Below, piece by piece: positions 1 through 12,240 of a stretch of DNA of 64,000 nucleotides. The stretch lies in assembly GCF_009914755.1 (NCBI RefSeq), contig NC_060926.1, one strand, 5' to 3'. The notes beneath the pieces were generated by a model. It was not told the DNA's origin. It was given only the letters and a program-made list of their open reading frames with translations, and ran no database searches. This stretch comes from the human T2T-CHM13v2.0 reference genome, Homo sapiens. The first letter of the stretch is position 1. Each line of letters opens with the position of its first letter. The position numbers and the translations under genes were made by a program.

Positions 1-2109
1 ATAATGTTTTAATATTAAATGTAATTACTTGATGATTTTGGAAGATTAGCTTTGACATCTATAATTTTTAAATTCTAATGGTTGAACAGAAGTAAACATG
101 AATTCTGAAAGCATATCTCTCCTCTGTATATGTTAACACTTACTTGATTAGCTCTTAATTTTTGCCAGTGCCCTTAACTTCGTTTTGGCCCATCTTTAGT
201 ATAGTTACTCATACATTGCTTAAACACTCTCATTAACTATGCTTTAATTATTTGCATTTTCAGCTTATTAAAGCAAAGCTGAAAATTATTTCAATTATGA
301 ATCCAAGAAATTACAATTCACAGAAATGATTCACAAGCAAGTAATGATTTACTATTCTCTTAATTCTTTCTTAAAACGTTGTGCTTCAATTAGGCTTCTG
401 TGTCTGTTTCTGCCATTTGATTGTCTAGTACTGAAAAATTAGGAATGGGTGTTAGAGCAGAGACATTGGATGTTAGTTCTAACCTTCAGCATAAACCAAA
501 TGAGAAAATTAAGTGGCATACAAATGGCTGGCAGGTCCTTTTGTTCTCACTTTTGCACTTGATTTGTAATTGATGCATATGAGGTCATACCAAGGAAAGG
601 GTCTAGGGCTCTCAGGGAAAACACATCCATCTTCCTGCTGGCTCTGCAGAGGTGCTACCTGTGGGGAGGTATCATCTCCAATTATCACACCGGGTTTTGT
701 TTGTTTCCGGAGTGAGCACCACAGGGGCAAGGACAGGAAGTATTAGGATGGGAAATATACTATTTACAAGCTAATATGATCAAATTGGAACAAGACTGAC
801 AACTCTGAAAAAAAAAGTACATGAGGTGGCTTTAGATGAGTAATAGAAAGTGTTATAATTTATAAGTTCTTGTACATACCAAGTACTCTACATGTATAGT
901 CCTGTTAAATCCTCACAGCAGCCATCTGAGGTAAATACTTTTGTGGACACCATTTTACAGATTAGGAAATGAAAATTAGCAAGGTGAGCTAACTTGCCTA
1001 ATACATAGAAAAGCTGGGGTTTAAATTCAGCTGCATCTGGTTTTAGATACTTTGCCACTATACTATAATTAAAGTATAAGTGTACACATAATAAAACAAC
1101 AACATACAACAAACACAAAAATAGGCAAGAACCAAGCAACACACAAAGGGGTAGAATAATTACACCTCAAAACCTAGGTTAAGAGAAAGTGAGGCAATTT
1201 GAGCTTTTTCAAAGCAAATAGGTTGCTAGCTATTATAAAACTACTTACTGCTACTATTATTACTGCCTACTTGAAGAATGTCTCAGCTCTAACAGCAATT
1301 TTCCATGGTTTTCTCTATGAACAATACTGAATAACATGAGTTATTCAAAGGATTTGCCGGGCTTTTAAAAATAGCCCATTTGTGTGTTATTTTATTGTTA
1401 TGTTATATTATTTTAATTAGGGTTCATTTATTTTTCTGGATAACTAAGGCTTTCAAAGATCATAAGATATAATCAACCTAATGTGTAAGAACATGAATGG
1501 CAAATGACCCTCTGGTGACTCTGAAGATGAAAGCAAGCCTTGTTTATTTTTGAAGACATCAGTCTCCTTTGCCAGCTCATTTTCCTCTAATCTCTACTTG
1601 ACATTTTGGCATGGCTGTTACTGCTTCTACATGGGGCTGGAGGAAGAGCAACTTTCCTAGGTCATTTCGTTCTCCCAAGGTTTCTACTACATATCCCTGG
1701 GCTGACCCACCCCCTCACCCCACTACCACACCTGACTTTCACTGGATTGTCTTTTGAACTCCAGACACGTACATTAAACTTCCTCTTTAAAATCCCCACT
1801 TACATATCTCACAAGCACTTCAAAATCAATATGTTTAATGCTAAGAAAAAAAATTCTGTGCTCCTCTTCCAAATTTCTCCAAGTAAATGGCACTACCTAC
1901 CATTCATGTAGTTTCTCAATACAAACATTTTGGTGTGATCCTTGACCTTCCTCTTCCTTAACCAACACCCAGGCCTGCCAACCCTGTCTACTGCTTGTCT
2001 CTATTTCTACTGCACCCCCAGGGACAAGCCATTTCACAATCTTTAGGCTTTAACGGATGCCTAATTGCTCCTCTGCAATTTCATTCCTGGTATTTTGTTG
2101 TGGTTTTGT

Positions 2110-5100
2110 TTTGCATTTTGCAGTGACTGATAGCATTGAGCATCATTCATGTGCTTATTAGTCATTTGTATATCTTCCTTAGCAAAATGTCTGTCCTTTG
2201 TCCATTTTTTAATGGAGTTATTTATCTTTTTATTATTGAGCTGCCAGAATTCTTTGTATATTCTAGATGCATGGCCTTTATCGAATATATATTTGCAAAT
2301 ATTTTTTCTCATTTTCTAGGTAGTCTTTTCACTCTTTAAATGGTATTCTTGGCCACCCTAAAATGTTAAATTTTGATGAAGTCCAATTTATGTATGTTTT
2401 CTTTTGTTTCTTGCATTTTTGGTCATATCTTAGAAAATTTGCCTAACTCAAAAACATAAAAATGTATCTGTATGTTTTAAGAGTTTTATAGTTTTTAGCT
2501 CTTACATTTAAGTCTTTGATCCATTTTGAGTTAATTTTTGTGTGTGGTGTGAGGAATTGGGTCCAACATCTTTTTTTGCACATAGATATCCAATTGTTTC
2601 ACCATCATTTGTTGAAAAGACTTTTCCCGTTGAATTGTCTTGGCATCCTCATCAAAAATCAATTAACTAAGTAAAAGACTTTATTTCTGGACACTCAATT
2701 CTATTCCATTGATCTATATATCTATCCTTATGCCAGTAACACACTGTCTTGACTACGGAGCTTTGTAGTAAGTTTTAAAATAAGGAAGTGTGATTCCTCT
2801 AAGTTTATTATTCTTTTTCAATATTGTTTTAGCTATTTTGGGTCCCTTGCATTTTTGTATGAATTTTAGGATCAGCTAGTCACTTTCTGCAAAAAAAGAA
2901 AGCTATCCAGGATTTGGATAGAGATTACATTTAATCTGTTGATAAATTTAGGCAGTATTGCCATCTTAAAAATATTGTTTTATGATCCATAAACATGGGA
3001 TGTCTTTCCACTTATTTAGATCTTTTTGGATTGCTCATTGAGAGTGTATAGAAATACTATTGATCTTTATACATGGATCTCGTATCCTGCAACCCTACTG
3101 AACTGTATTGTTAGTTCTAATAGTTTTTTAGTGAATTCCTTAGGATTTCTACAAACAAGATTGTGTTATCTGTCAGTAGAAAGAGTTTTACTTCTTCCTT
3201 TCAAATCTGGATACTTTATATATTTTTTTCTTGCCTAATTGCCTTGGCTAGAACCACTGATAAAATGTTGAACAGAAGCGATGAGAGAGGACATCAAGTC
3301 CTCTTATTGATCTTAGCAGGAAAACAGTGTTGAGAGGTGACAGCATGCTGGCAGCCCTCTCAGCCCTCACTCGCTCTGGGTGCCTCCTCGGCCTCGGCAC
3401 CCATTCTGGCCGCACTTCAGGAGCCCTTCAGCCCGCCGCTGCACCGTAGGAGCCTTTCTCTGGGCTGGCCGAGGCTGGAGCCGGCTCCCTTGGCTTGCGG
3501 GGAGGTGTGGAGGGAGAGGCAGGGAGGGGAACCCGGGCTGCACCCCACGCTTGCCGGCCAGCTAGAGTTCTGGGTGGGCGTGGGCTTGGTGGGCCCCACA
3601 CTCCCAGCGGCCCGGGCAGTGAGGGACTTAGCACCCAGGCCAGCAGCTGCGGAGGGCGAACCGGGTCCCCTAGCAGTGCTGGCCCACCGAGGCTGCCCTC
3701 AGTTTCTCGCCAGGCTTTAGCTGCCTCCCTGCGGGGCAGGGCTCGGGACCTGCAGCCAACCATGCCTGAGTCTCTCCCACTCCCCCCACTCCCCCAGTCC
3801 CCCGTCACCCCCTCCGCACCGCCCGCCCCCTGTCACCTCCTGCCCCTCCCCCTCCGCCATGGGCTCCTGCACGGCCTGAGCCTCCCCAACAAGCACTTCC
3901 CCCTGCTCCACAGTGCCCGGTCCCATGGATGGCCCAAGGGCTGAGGAGTGCCAGCGCATGGCGCGGGACTGGCGGGCAGCTCCACCTGCGGCTCCGGTGC
4001 GAGATCCACTGGGTGAGGCCAGCTGGGCTCCTGAGGTTAGTGGGGACTTGGAGAACCTTTGTGTCTAGCTAAGGGATTGTGAGTGCACCAATCAGCACTC
4101 TGTGTCTAGCTCAAGGTTTGTGAACACACCAATCAGCACCCTGTGTCTAGCTCAGGGTTTGTAAATACACCCATTGACACTCTGTATCTAGGCAATAGGT
4201 GGAGAACTTTTGTGTCTGGCTCAGGGATTGTAAACGCACCAATCAGCACCCTATCAAAACAGACCAATCAGCTCTCTGTAAAACAGACCAATCAGTTCTC
4301 TGTAAAATGGACCAATCAGCAGGATGTGGGTGGGGCCAGATAAGAGAATAAAGCAGGCTGCCTGAGCCAGCAGTGGCACTCTGCTGGGGTCTCCTTCCAC
4401 ACTGTGGAAGTCTTGTTCTTTCGCTCTTTGCAATAAATCTTGCTAGTGCTCACTCATTGGGTCCATACTGCCTTTATGAGCTGTAACACTCACTGTGAAG
4501 GTCTGCAGCTTCACTCCTGAAGCCAGCAAGACCAAGAACCCACCAATTCCGGACACAGTGTGACATTAGCTTTCATTAAGTGTGATGTTAACTATGGTTT
4601 TTTTTTGTAGGTGTCTTTGATAAGGTTGGGGAATTCCTTCTACTCCTAATCCGTTAAGTGTTTTTATCATGAAAGGGTGCTGCATTTTGTCAAATCCTTT
4701 TTCTGTGTCTATTATGACTATGAGGTTTTTGTCCTTTTTTCTATTAATAAAGTTTATTAATTGATTTTCAAATGATAAACCAACCTTGTATTCTTGGGCT
4801 AAATCCCAATTTGTCATGGTGTGTAATCCTTTTTATATATTGCTGGATTTGGCATGCTGGTATTTTGTGGGAAATTTTTGCATCCATATTCATAAGAGAT
4901 ACCGATTTATAATTTTCTCTTCTTGTGACATCTTTGGTTTTGGCATTATAGTAATGCGGGTAATACCTTATAGAATGAGTTGGGAAGTGTTTTCTTTCAT
5001 TTTTTGAAAACGTTTGTGAAGAATTTGTGATAATTCTTCTTTAAGTGTTTGGTAGAATTTGTCAGTGAAGCCATCTGAGCTTAGGAAGTTTTTATGTTTT

Positions 5101-5240
5101 TGTTTTTTTTTTTTTGTGGGAAGTTTTAAAATGACTAATTCAATCTTTTTTGGTGTTATAGCACCACTCATGTTTTCTGTTTCTTCTTAAGTATTGGTAG
5201 TTAGTATCTTTCTGTGTGCCTATTTCAATGTGCCTATTTC
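2110..5240 (-). mobile_element. Old degenerate L1 ORF2 fragment, split by LTR12
   Basis: Minus-strand ORFs resemble L1 ORF2 ([20 protein letters not shown]; IIDTEKGFDKMQHPFMIKTL; DGFTDKFYQTLKEEL) with many stops. Confidence 0.85.
3331..4557 (+). mobile_element. Solo LTR12 (ERV9/HERV9 LTR; LTR12C-like)
   Basis: Starts TGAGAGGTGACAGC and ends CCAATTCCGGACACA, with TSD GTGT (3327-3330 / 4558-4561). Has ~41-bp tandem units, six CCAAT boxes (4088, 4129, 4239, 4264, 4288, 4312), and AATAAA at 4347 and 4432. Confidence 0.92.
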
Positions 5241-5252
5241 ATTTGTTATCTG

Positions 5253-5545
5253 ATTTTGTTTTGTTTTTGGTGGGGGGGCAGGGAGACAGAGTCTTGCTCT
5301 GTTGCCCAGGCTGGAGTGCAATGGCACAATCTCGGCTCACTGCAACCTCTGTCTCCCAGATTCAGGCAATTCTGCCTCAGCCTCCTGAGTAGCAGAGGTT
5401 ACAGGTGTCAGCCACCACTGCTAATTTTTGTGTTTTTGTAGGGAGGGAGTTTCTCCATGTTGGCTAGGCTGGTCTTGAACTCCTGGCCTCAAGTGATCCA
5501 TCATCTCAGCCTCCCAAAGTGCTGCAATTACCACCACGCCTGGCC
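5253..5545 (-). mobile_element. Alu (older, J/S type)
   Basis: Reverse Alu body (gagtcttgctctgttgcccaggctggagtgc...cctggcc) with TSD TGTTATCTG on both sides. Confidence 0.9.
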
Positions 5546-5875
5546 TGTTATCTGTTTTCTTTTTTAACATACAATTGTTATATCCTGTTCCTTAAAAGGT
5601 CCTAACATCTGTTTTTCCACCAAGTATAAATCATAACCTGTATTTAAAATTTTAATTTTGATACTAAATAATACTGTTTTTATTATTAATGGGAATAAAT
5701 ATTAATAAGTATTGTAAGTTATTCTGTTCTTACTGCATATTAGTCAATTAAAAAGGATACTGGAAATGAAAAATAAGTTCTTGGTTCTCTATACAATGAG
5801 AAATAAAAAGAGACTGGTTAGTATTTGACTGTCTTATGAGATCGTTTTATTACATGCTACTGTATTAATTATTGC

Positions 5876-6886
<1,011 letters not shown>

Positions 6887-7799
6887 TTATGGCTCAGTTT
6901 GACTGTCTGTGGTTCTTAAAAACTTTTAGTCCTGATTGCACACCTCTGGCTCAGACTTTTGAATCTGGTTTTCAAGGTATATCTATGACTGGATGTTCTC
7001 GTTGAAGTTGTAACTCAATTTGCTTTGGAAATCTGAGACAGGTAAACGCCTCTCCATTGTGAGAATCATACAAAGATTTGGTTTTCTTTTTAAATTATTT
7101 AGAATTTGGCGAAACTCAAAGGGAGTTTGCCAAGATTCATCTGTGATTTTAAAATTCACGTGCAAATTAGAGAACTATAAACTGCAAACTTGATTTCTTT
7201 ATCTTGACTAAAAAGCTCTTTTATATTCATGAACTTTCTGAAACTTTTCCTTAACCTTTTAGACTTTCCCATATTTTCTCCATAAGAATAGTGAAAAAAT
7301 AAGCTTAAAACTCTTAAGATGTTTGAGGGACTCTGTTTCATAGACTGAATGTTAGTCCTGGGAAAATATTTTAACTTTACTACTAACATATTTATATCTC
7401 CTTTGAAGATGATTTTATCTCACGTATATCTTATTTTACCAAAGGTGATTGTTGAAGTTACAGTAGTAATAGAATACTAATTAGTAATACTAATAATAAC
7501 AACAACAACGGATTTCTGACTAAAATTCAGACTTTCCAAATGATATTTCTTCTTAAAAAATATTGATCTCTGTGCTATACAAATTATCTGTGGCCTTCAC
7601 ATATTTTCTTCAATGCATTATAAAAGGCAAGACTCAGCTAAATAATCACTACATATTATATATATATGTGTATGTATGTAGAATCACAATTACATATGTA
7701 TATACATATTCTCTTTGTTGGTTTGTTTAAATGATTTTGGTCTCATAGCTCTGTCAGTTTCCTTTTGGTTTCCTGAACTTCCCAAACACTTTTCTGATA

Positions 7800-7985
7800 T
7801 TCAGCCTCCTAAATAGCTGGGACGAAAGGTGCATGCCACCATGCCCAGCTAATTTTTGTATTTTTTTTTTAATAGAGAAAGGGTTTCGCCATGTTGCCCA
7901 GCCTGGTCTCAAACTCCTGGGCTCAAGAAATCCTCCTGTCTTGGCCTCCTGACGTTCTGGGATTACAGCCATAAGCCAACACAGC
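7800..7985 (-). mobile_element. Partial Alu (J-like)
   Basis: cagcctcc...gctaatttttgta...ctgggattacag; the 3' part is missing. Confidence 0.85.
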
Positions 7986-10900
7986 CACCCACCCTTTCCT
8001 TTTTTACTCTCACTCAGCCTTATTCTCCATTCCTCCACCCTTCAGCTTCTTATATCTTTCTTCTTTCCTTTTGTTTTGCTTTTGCCCTAGAGCCATCAGT
8101 GTTCTGTATGAGTGCTTCAGACACAAAAGTTTCTGAAACATTTGTTGTTTTTGGTTAAAAAAAAAAAGTTGGGGATAGGAACAGGGATGATATTCTGGGA
8201 TAAAGGCTCTCTACTCTCGGAATTAAGACATTTTTGAAATTGAAATACATCACACAGAATGGAATAGTTGCTATTGTTGAGTGTAGAAGTACATATTCTC
8301 AACAATGGAAGAACACAGACACAAAATGCTATCATTTATGAAGTATTTACTACATGTTAGAAATTTTAGAAAAAAAATAACTAACATTTGTTGAGTATTT
8401 GTTCATCACCATGTGGGGCACTCTATACTCAAAAGAATCTGAAACGAGGTCAAATAGTTCCTATGATTTCTTTCTATAAGCCAAGGAGGAATGGTCCAGG
8501 TATTCAGAAAATATAAATCATGAATCAAGTTTGTGTAGAATTTACCTGCAAAATTCTGCAACCTCTGTAACTTTTCACTTCTAGTTTTTTGCTTTTGTAA
8601 CCTCTGTTAAATCTCTTGAAGCAAGAAGGTCTTTATGTTTGTCTTTGGGGTGAACAAAAATAAGGGGAAGTCAAGGAGCTTAGTTTCCACTCTCAGCCTT
8701 GTTGCATATTCACAGACGAAGAGGGGTGATGCTTGTGAAGAAGAACCTCAAAAGAAAAAGTGAATGGAGGTAGGAGAGAGGAAAGGAGTCAGTTGAAGGG
8801 GTGTAAGCTGAAGGCAAGGACAACCTGGGAGTAAGGGGTAGAAATTCATGTGTGCTTCACACTTTGGCAAAACTAAAAAGGGAATATTTTACAAGTTTCG
8901 AAAAAAGTTTTTCCTTATAGTTAATATTTTGTAAGTGAGCTAAATGGATTTTCTCATTTCACTACTACATTTCATATTTGTTCTTATAATCCAGTTTAAT
9001 TATTCCTAAACCCTTTTAATCCTGAAGCTGCTTCTCCTGGGATGGAAGAGCCTTTCTCTTTTTTCTTTCCTTTAGACGTGATGTGAAATAACACAAATCC
9101 TTCTCTGGTATCTGTGGTGCTGACCATGCATCTTTGGGTGCAGAAAGCACTGGATTCTTACTCCCCAACTTGCAGAGGGAATTCTAGACTGCTGCACCTC
9201 CATATCCTCAGCAACTGGCATGATGATGAGCAGGGAGTTAGTAGAACTAATACACTAATATGTAAATGAATGAATGAATGTTTCCTGAGTGTGGCTTTAA
9301 GTTTCTCAGAAGAAGACAGTTCATACACTGGTGCATAAAATTCTGGGCTGAGGATATGAGGGCACCTAAGGCAAATGTGAAGTAATGGGATTTCTGATGA
9401 ATGTGAGAAAGAGGCTAAGTAGGAGCTCGCTTAGCTTTGAATTCTCTGTTCTTTTTACCCCTTCCTCCTTCCCTTTCCTGCCTTGCCATCTCAGATCCTA
9501 TTCTCATAGGCACTGGGCAGATGTGAGAGTGAGGACTGGACCTGGCACTCCAGACGGGAGATGATTGATTGACCAGTGAGATGTGAGAAGAAAGGAGGAA
9601 AATTAGGAGGCCACCACGCCTAACTTCAGGGCTGCCTGTGGCACTGACTTCCCCGGGTCCTGCTCAGGAAAGTAGGGTAATGACTAGTGCCATTCACAAG
9701 CTGTTTAGCTGACATTCTGAGAAGTTATTCAGCAAATTTAGAAGAGAAAGAGAATGATATAATGAACCAAAAAACAACAGTTCTCACCTTATTTATGATT
9801 TTTCTATTTCTGAATGAGTACTCAAATTTCACTGAGTACTTGAGTTTAATTTGATTATTTCACCCTATCAAGAAATCACTTTATTCTTAGAATTTTCCTG
9901 TTAGTTGAAAATAGAATTGTATTATAAATTACATAGGACTTTTATACTATATATAGTTTACGACGTATATTTATATGTAAGCTATACATAACTAAACTTG
10001 GAAAGAGGGTAGGGATTGAGATTATATGTGATCACACAAATATCTGTGTATGTGTATCTCTATACATCATTTGTAAATATGTAAATATAATGCATTTCTT
10101 ATTAGAAATTATAGCTTGAATTCCATAGTGAAATTCATCCTTCCCTATGGACATGGAGGCAAGTGCCCTATAAAATTAACAAACTTTTGTTCCAAGAACA
10201 TTTATTTCTGAGGGTGCAGAGTATCAATTTCAAGGTTGAGTTTCTTTAAAAATCAGGAGCTAATTTTTAATGAATTAACATTCAAAGGATCTATATGACC
10301 TAATCCACTACCTGACAATTGCTGGTATGAGGGAAATGTGGCCCCAAGACCACTGAGTTCAGAGATGAGTCTGAAAACAATTTTAACATGAAAATTTATG
10401 AAAGATATGTACACACACTACATACCTCTCAACAGCCTAAGAAGAATCTTGTGCTGGCAGAGAGCAGAAACAAAGACTGAAATTAACACTGAAGATATCA
10501 GCTGACTTCATCTTATGGGTTAACCTATTCTATTTTGTAATTCTGTGAAAATCTCATGATTATTTTTAATTTTCGAAAACATTTTTCTATGTTCTTTTTA
10601 ATAGCAACAGTCCAGTCATTCAGGACTCATACATTCTTTAGCTGAAGTTATTTTATTGATCTTCATTTACTATCAGTTAACTTTTAACCAAGATATTTCC
10701 CACATTTGTTATCATAAACTTTTAGTATTTATTAGTACAAATTTTTCCCCTTTCCTAGACACAAAGACATAAGACCTGTTATTACTGGATTTTTTTTCCA
10801 TTTCAGAAGCTTGAGTTTCTCTTCATAAATATTTTCATAAAAAGCTATTTCCCTAATATCACTAGATTATCTATCAACATAGTCCTACTTTATATTTAAA

Positions 10901-11561
10901 CTAGCTCTGATATCAGCCCATAGTACCTTCCAATTTTTAGCAAAGTGAGATCAGTGTCAATCTAAGCCTTTTTTGTAAAAGGATCCAATTTATGACTGAT
11001 CAAAATGCTTGCTTAACAATGTTTGGTTTTCTAATTTGATGTGCAGTGCTACTACATCTAAAACAACAACTTTGCTTTTTCTATACAGCTATTCCTGAGA
11101 TCTGTATTCTCAACTTCCTCCCTAAATTTTTGGAAAGACTATTTAGTAATAAAAAAAGTCCATAGATTCTGTTTTAACTTTTCCATTCTTACTCATTTTT
11201 ACTTTCCACGAGACAAACCTAATAATGAAAAGCAATGTTAGTTAAAAATGTTGTTTCTAAAGGCCTGTCAAAGCTTGTATTTAGCATATATTTTTGGGGG
11301 TTGTGGGGGTGATGCAGCATAGTTCTTAGGTTTTTCTATTGCTGAAATAACACTGTAAATCTCTTCCTACCCATGCCTTAAATTCCTCAGTATTTCTGGT
11401 CTTGCACAACAACATATCTGTGAGCTTATATGTCTTCTTAGAAATAACAGACTTACTTTGGAACATAAGCACTTAGGAAATGTTCAACCACTTGTGATCT
11501 TGCATTAGTACATTTTCCAAGCTATTCTAGGCAGATAGAGCAAATCAGAGAAAGTTCTTAC

Positions 11562-11646
11562 CTCTTGAAGGGCGTAAGACAATGCACATCACCAATAAGG
11601 CAAGCACAGCAGAGGTGGCAACTCCAAATACGATTTTTACCCAAGT
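11562..11646 (-). CDS. FAP: FAP (fibroblast activation protein alpha/seprase) exon 2, type II signal-anchor helix
   Basis: ttttatgtag|ACT TGG GTA...TCA AGA G|gtaaga, 85 nt, TWVKIVFGVATSAVLALLVMCIVLRPSR(V), matching the recalled FAP N-terminus. Later exons lie left of the window. Confidence 0.95.
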
Positions 11647-11975
11647 CTACATAAAATAAAGAGAATTAGGCATACACACAGTTCCTGCTAAATAGTAGAA
11701 ATGGCAAGATTTTGTTTACACCTAAATCCTTTTTCTCTCGCCCCACAAAGCTTTTGATTGTTTTCCACTGATCCGGCTATAATTGCTGGAATTCTTCCAG
11801 CTCTGCAAGGACAAATGTTTCTACAGTATATTTAGAACAATTTTCCAATCCCAACCCATTGAGGAAGTAAATACTTATGTACAAATCTTCACCTTCTAAA
11901 CAATAGAAAACTCTGATCACGTTCAATCCAGCCAACCCTAATTTTTTAAGAATACTTGAGGTTGCTTATACTAAC

Positions 11976-11981
11976 CTTCAT
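11976..11981 (-). CDS. FAP: FAP exon 1 coding part (Met-Lys)
   Basis: Minus strand ggaaaa ATG AAG|gttagt, with A at -3 of the ATG. A two-codon first exon is also seen in the paralogue DPP4 (recall). Confidence 0.92.
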
Positions 11982-12195
11982 TTTTCCAGATGTTTTTGAA
12001 AGTTAGCTAATTCTGTCTTCAGAGCGTGGGTCACTGGATCTGTGAAAACCGTTGAAAAGGACCAAGTCTGTCTTTGTAGTTGGAAGCTGAAGCCAGGACA
12101 AGGTTTTTTTCTTTCCACGGACTTTTGAATACCGTGCCAAGTTTCAAAAGATTTCTGTAAAATTAGAAACAGATTTTGGGGGCGTTCTTGGCCCT
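11982..12195 (-). other. FAP: FAP 5' UTR (exon 1 non-coding part)
   Basis: Contiguous with the ATG and matches the recalled FAP mRNA leader (aagaacgcccccaaaatc...). The TSS is approximate, ~30 nt downstream of the TATA box. Confidence 0.75.
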
Positions 12196-12240
12196 CAAAT
12201 GAACTGTGAGTGACTCAAGGGAAGTTTTATAGCCTTCTCA
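12195..12240 (-). promoter_or_regulatory. FAP: FAP core promoter: TATA box and AP-1 site
   Basis: TATAAAA on minus at 12231-12225. Consensus AP-1 TGACTCA at 12211-12217. No CpG island. Confidence 0.7.

Noticed and set aside
640-735. FOX-like TGTTTGTTT next to ETS TTCCGG, plus CTCF-like cores
   Set aside because: The order differs from the canonical FOX:ETS composite and the CTCF matches need gaps. It may be an enhancer but sequence alone cannot support that.
3337-3959. Six overlapping ORFs up to 149 aa on both strands
   Set aside because: They lie in the GC-rich U3 of LTR12, where stops are rare. No domain, no splice support.
4061-4320. Regularly spaced ~41-bp repeats resembling a CRISPR-like array
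   Set aside because: These are the known LTR12 enhancer tandem units with no unique spacers, in a eukaryotic context with no cas genes.
9220-9288. ATGATGA...CTGA spacing like a C/D box snoRNA
   Set aside because: No convincing terminal stem or internal boxes, antisense to the host FAP intron, and the interior includes L2-type (TGAA)n.
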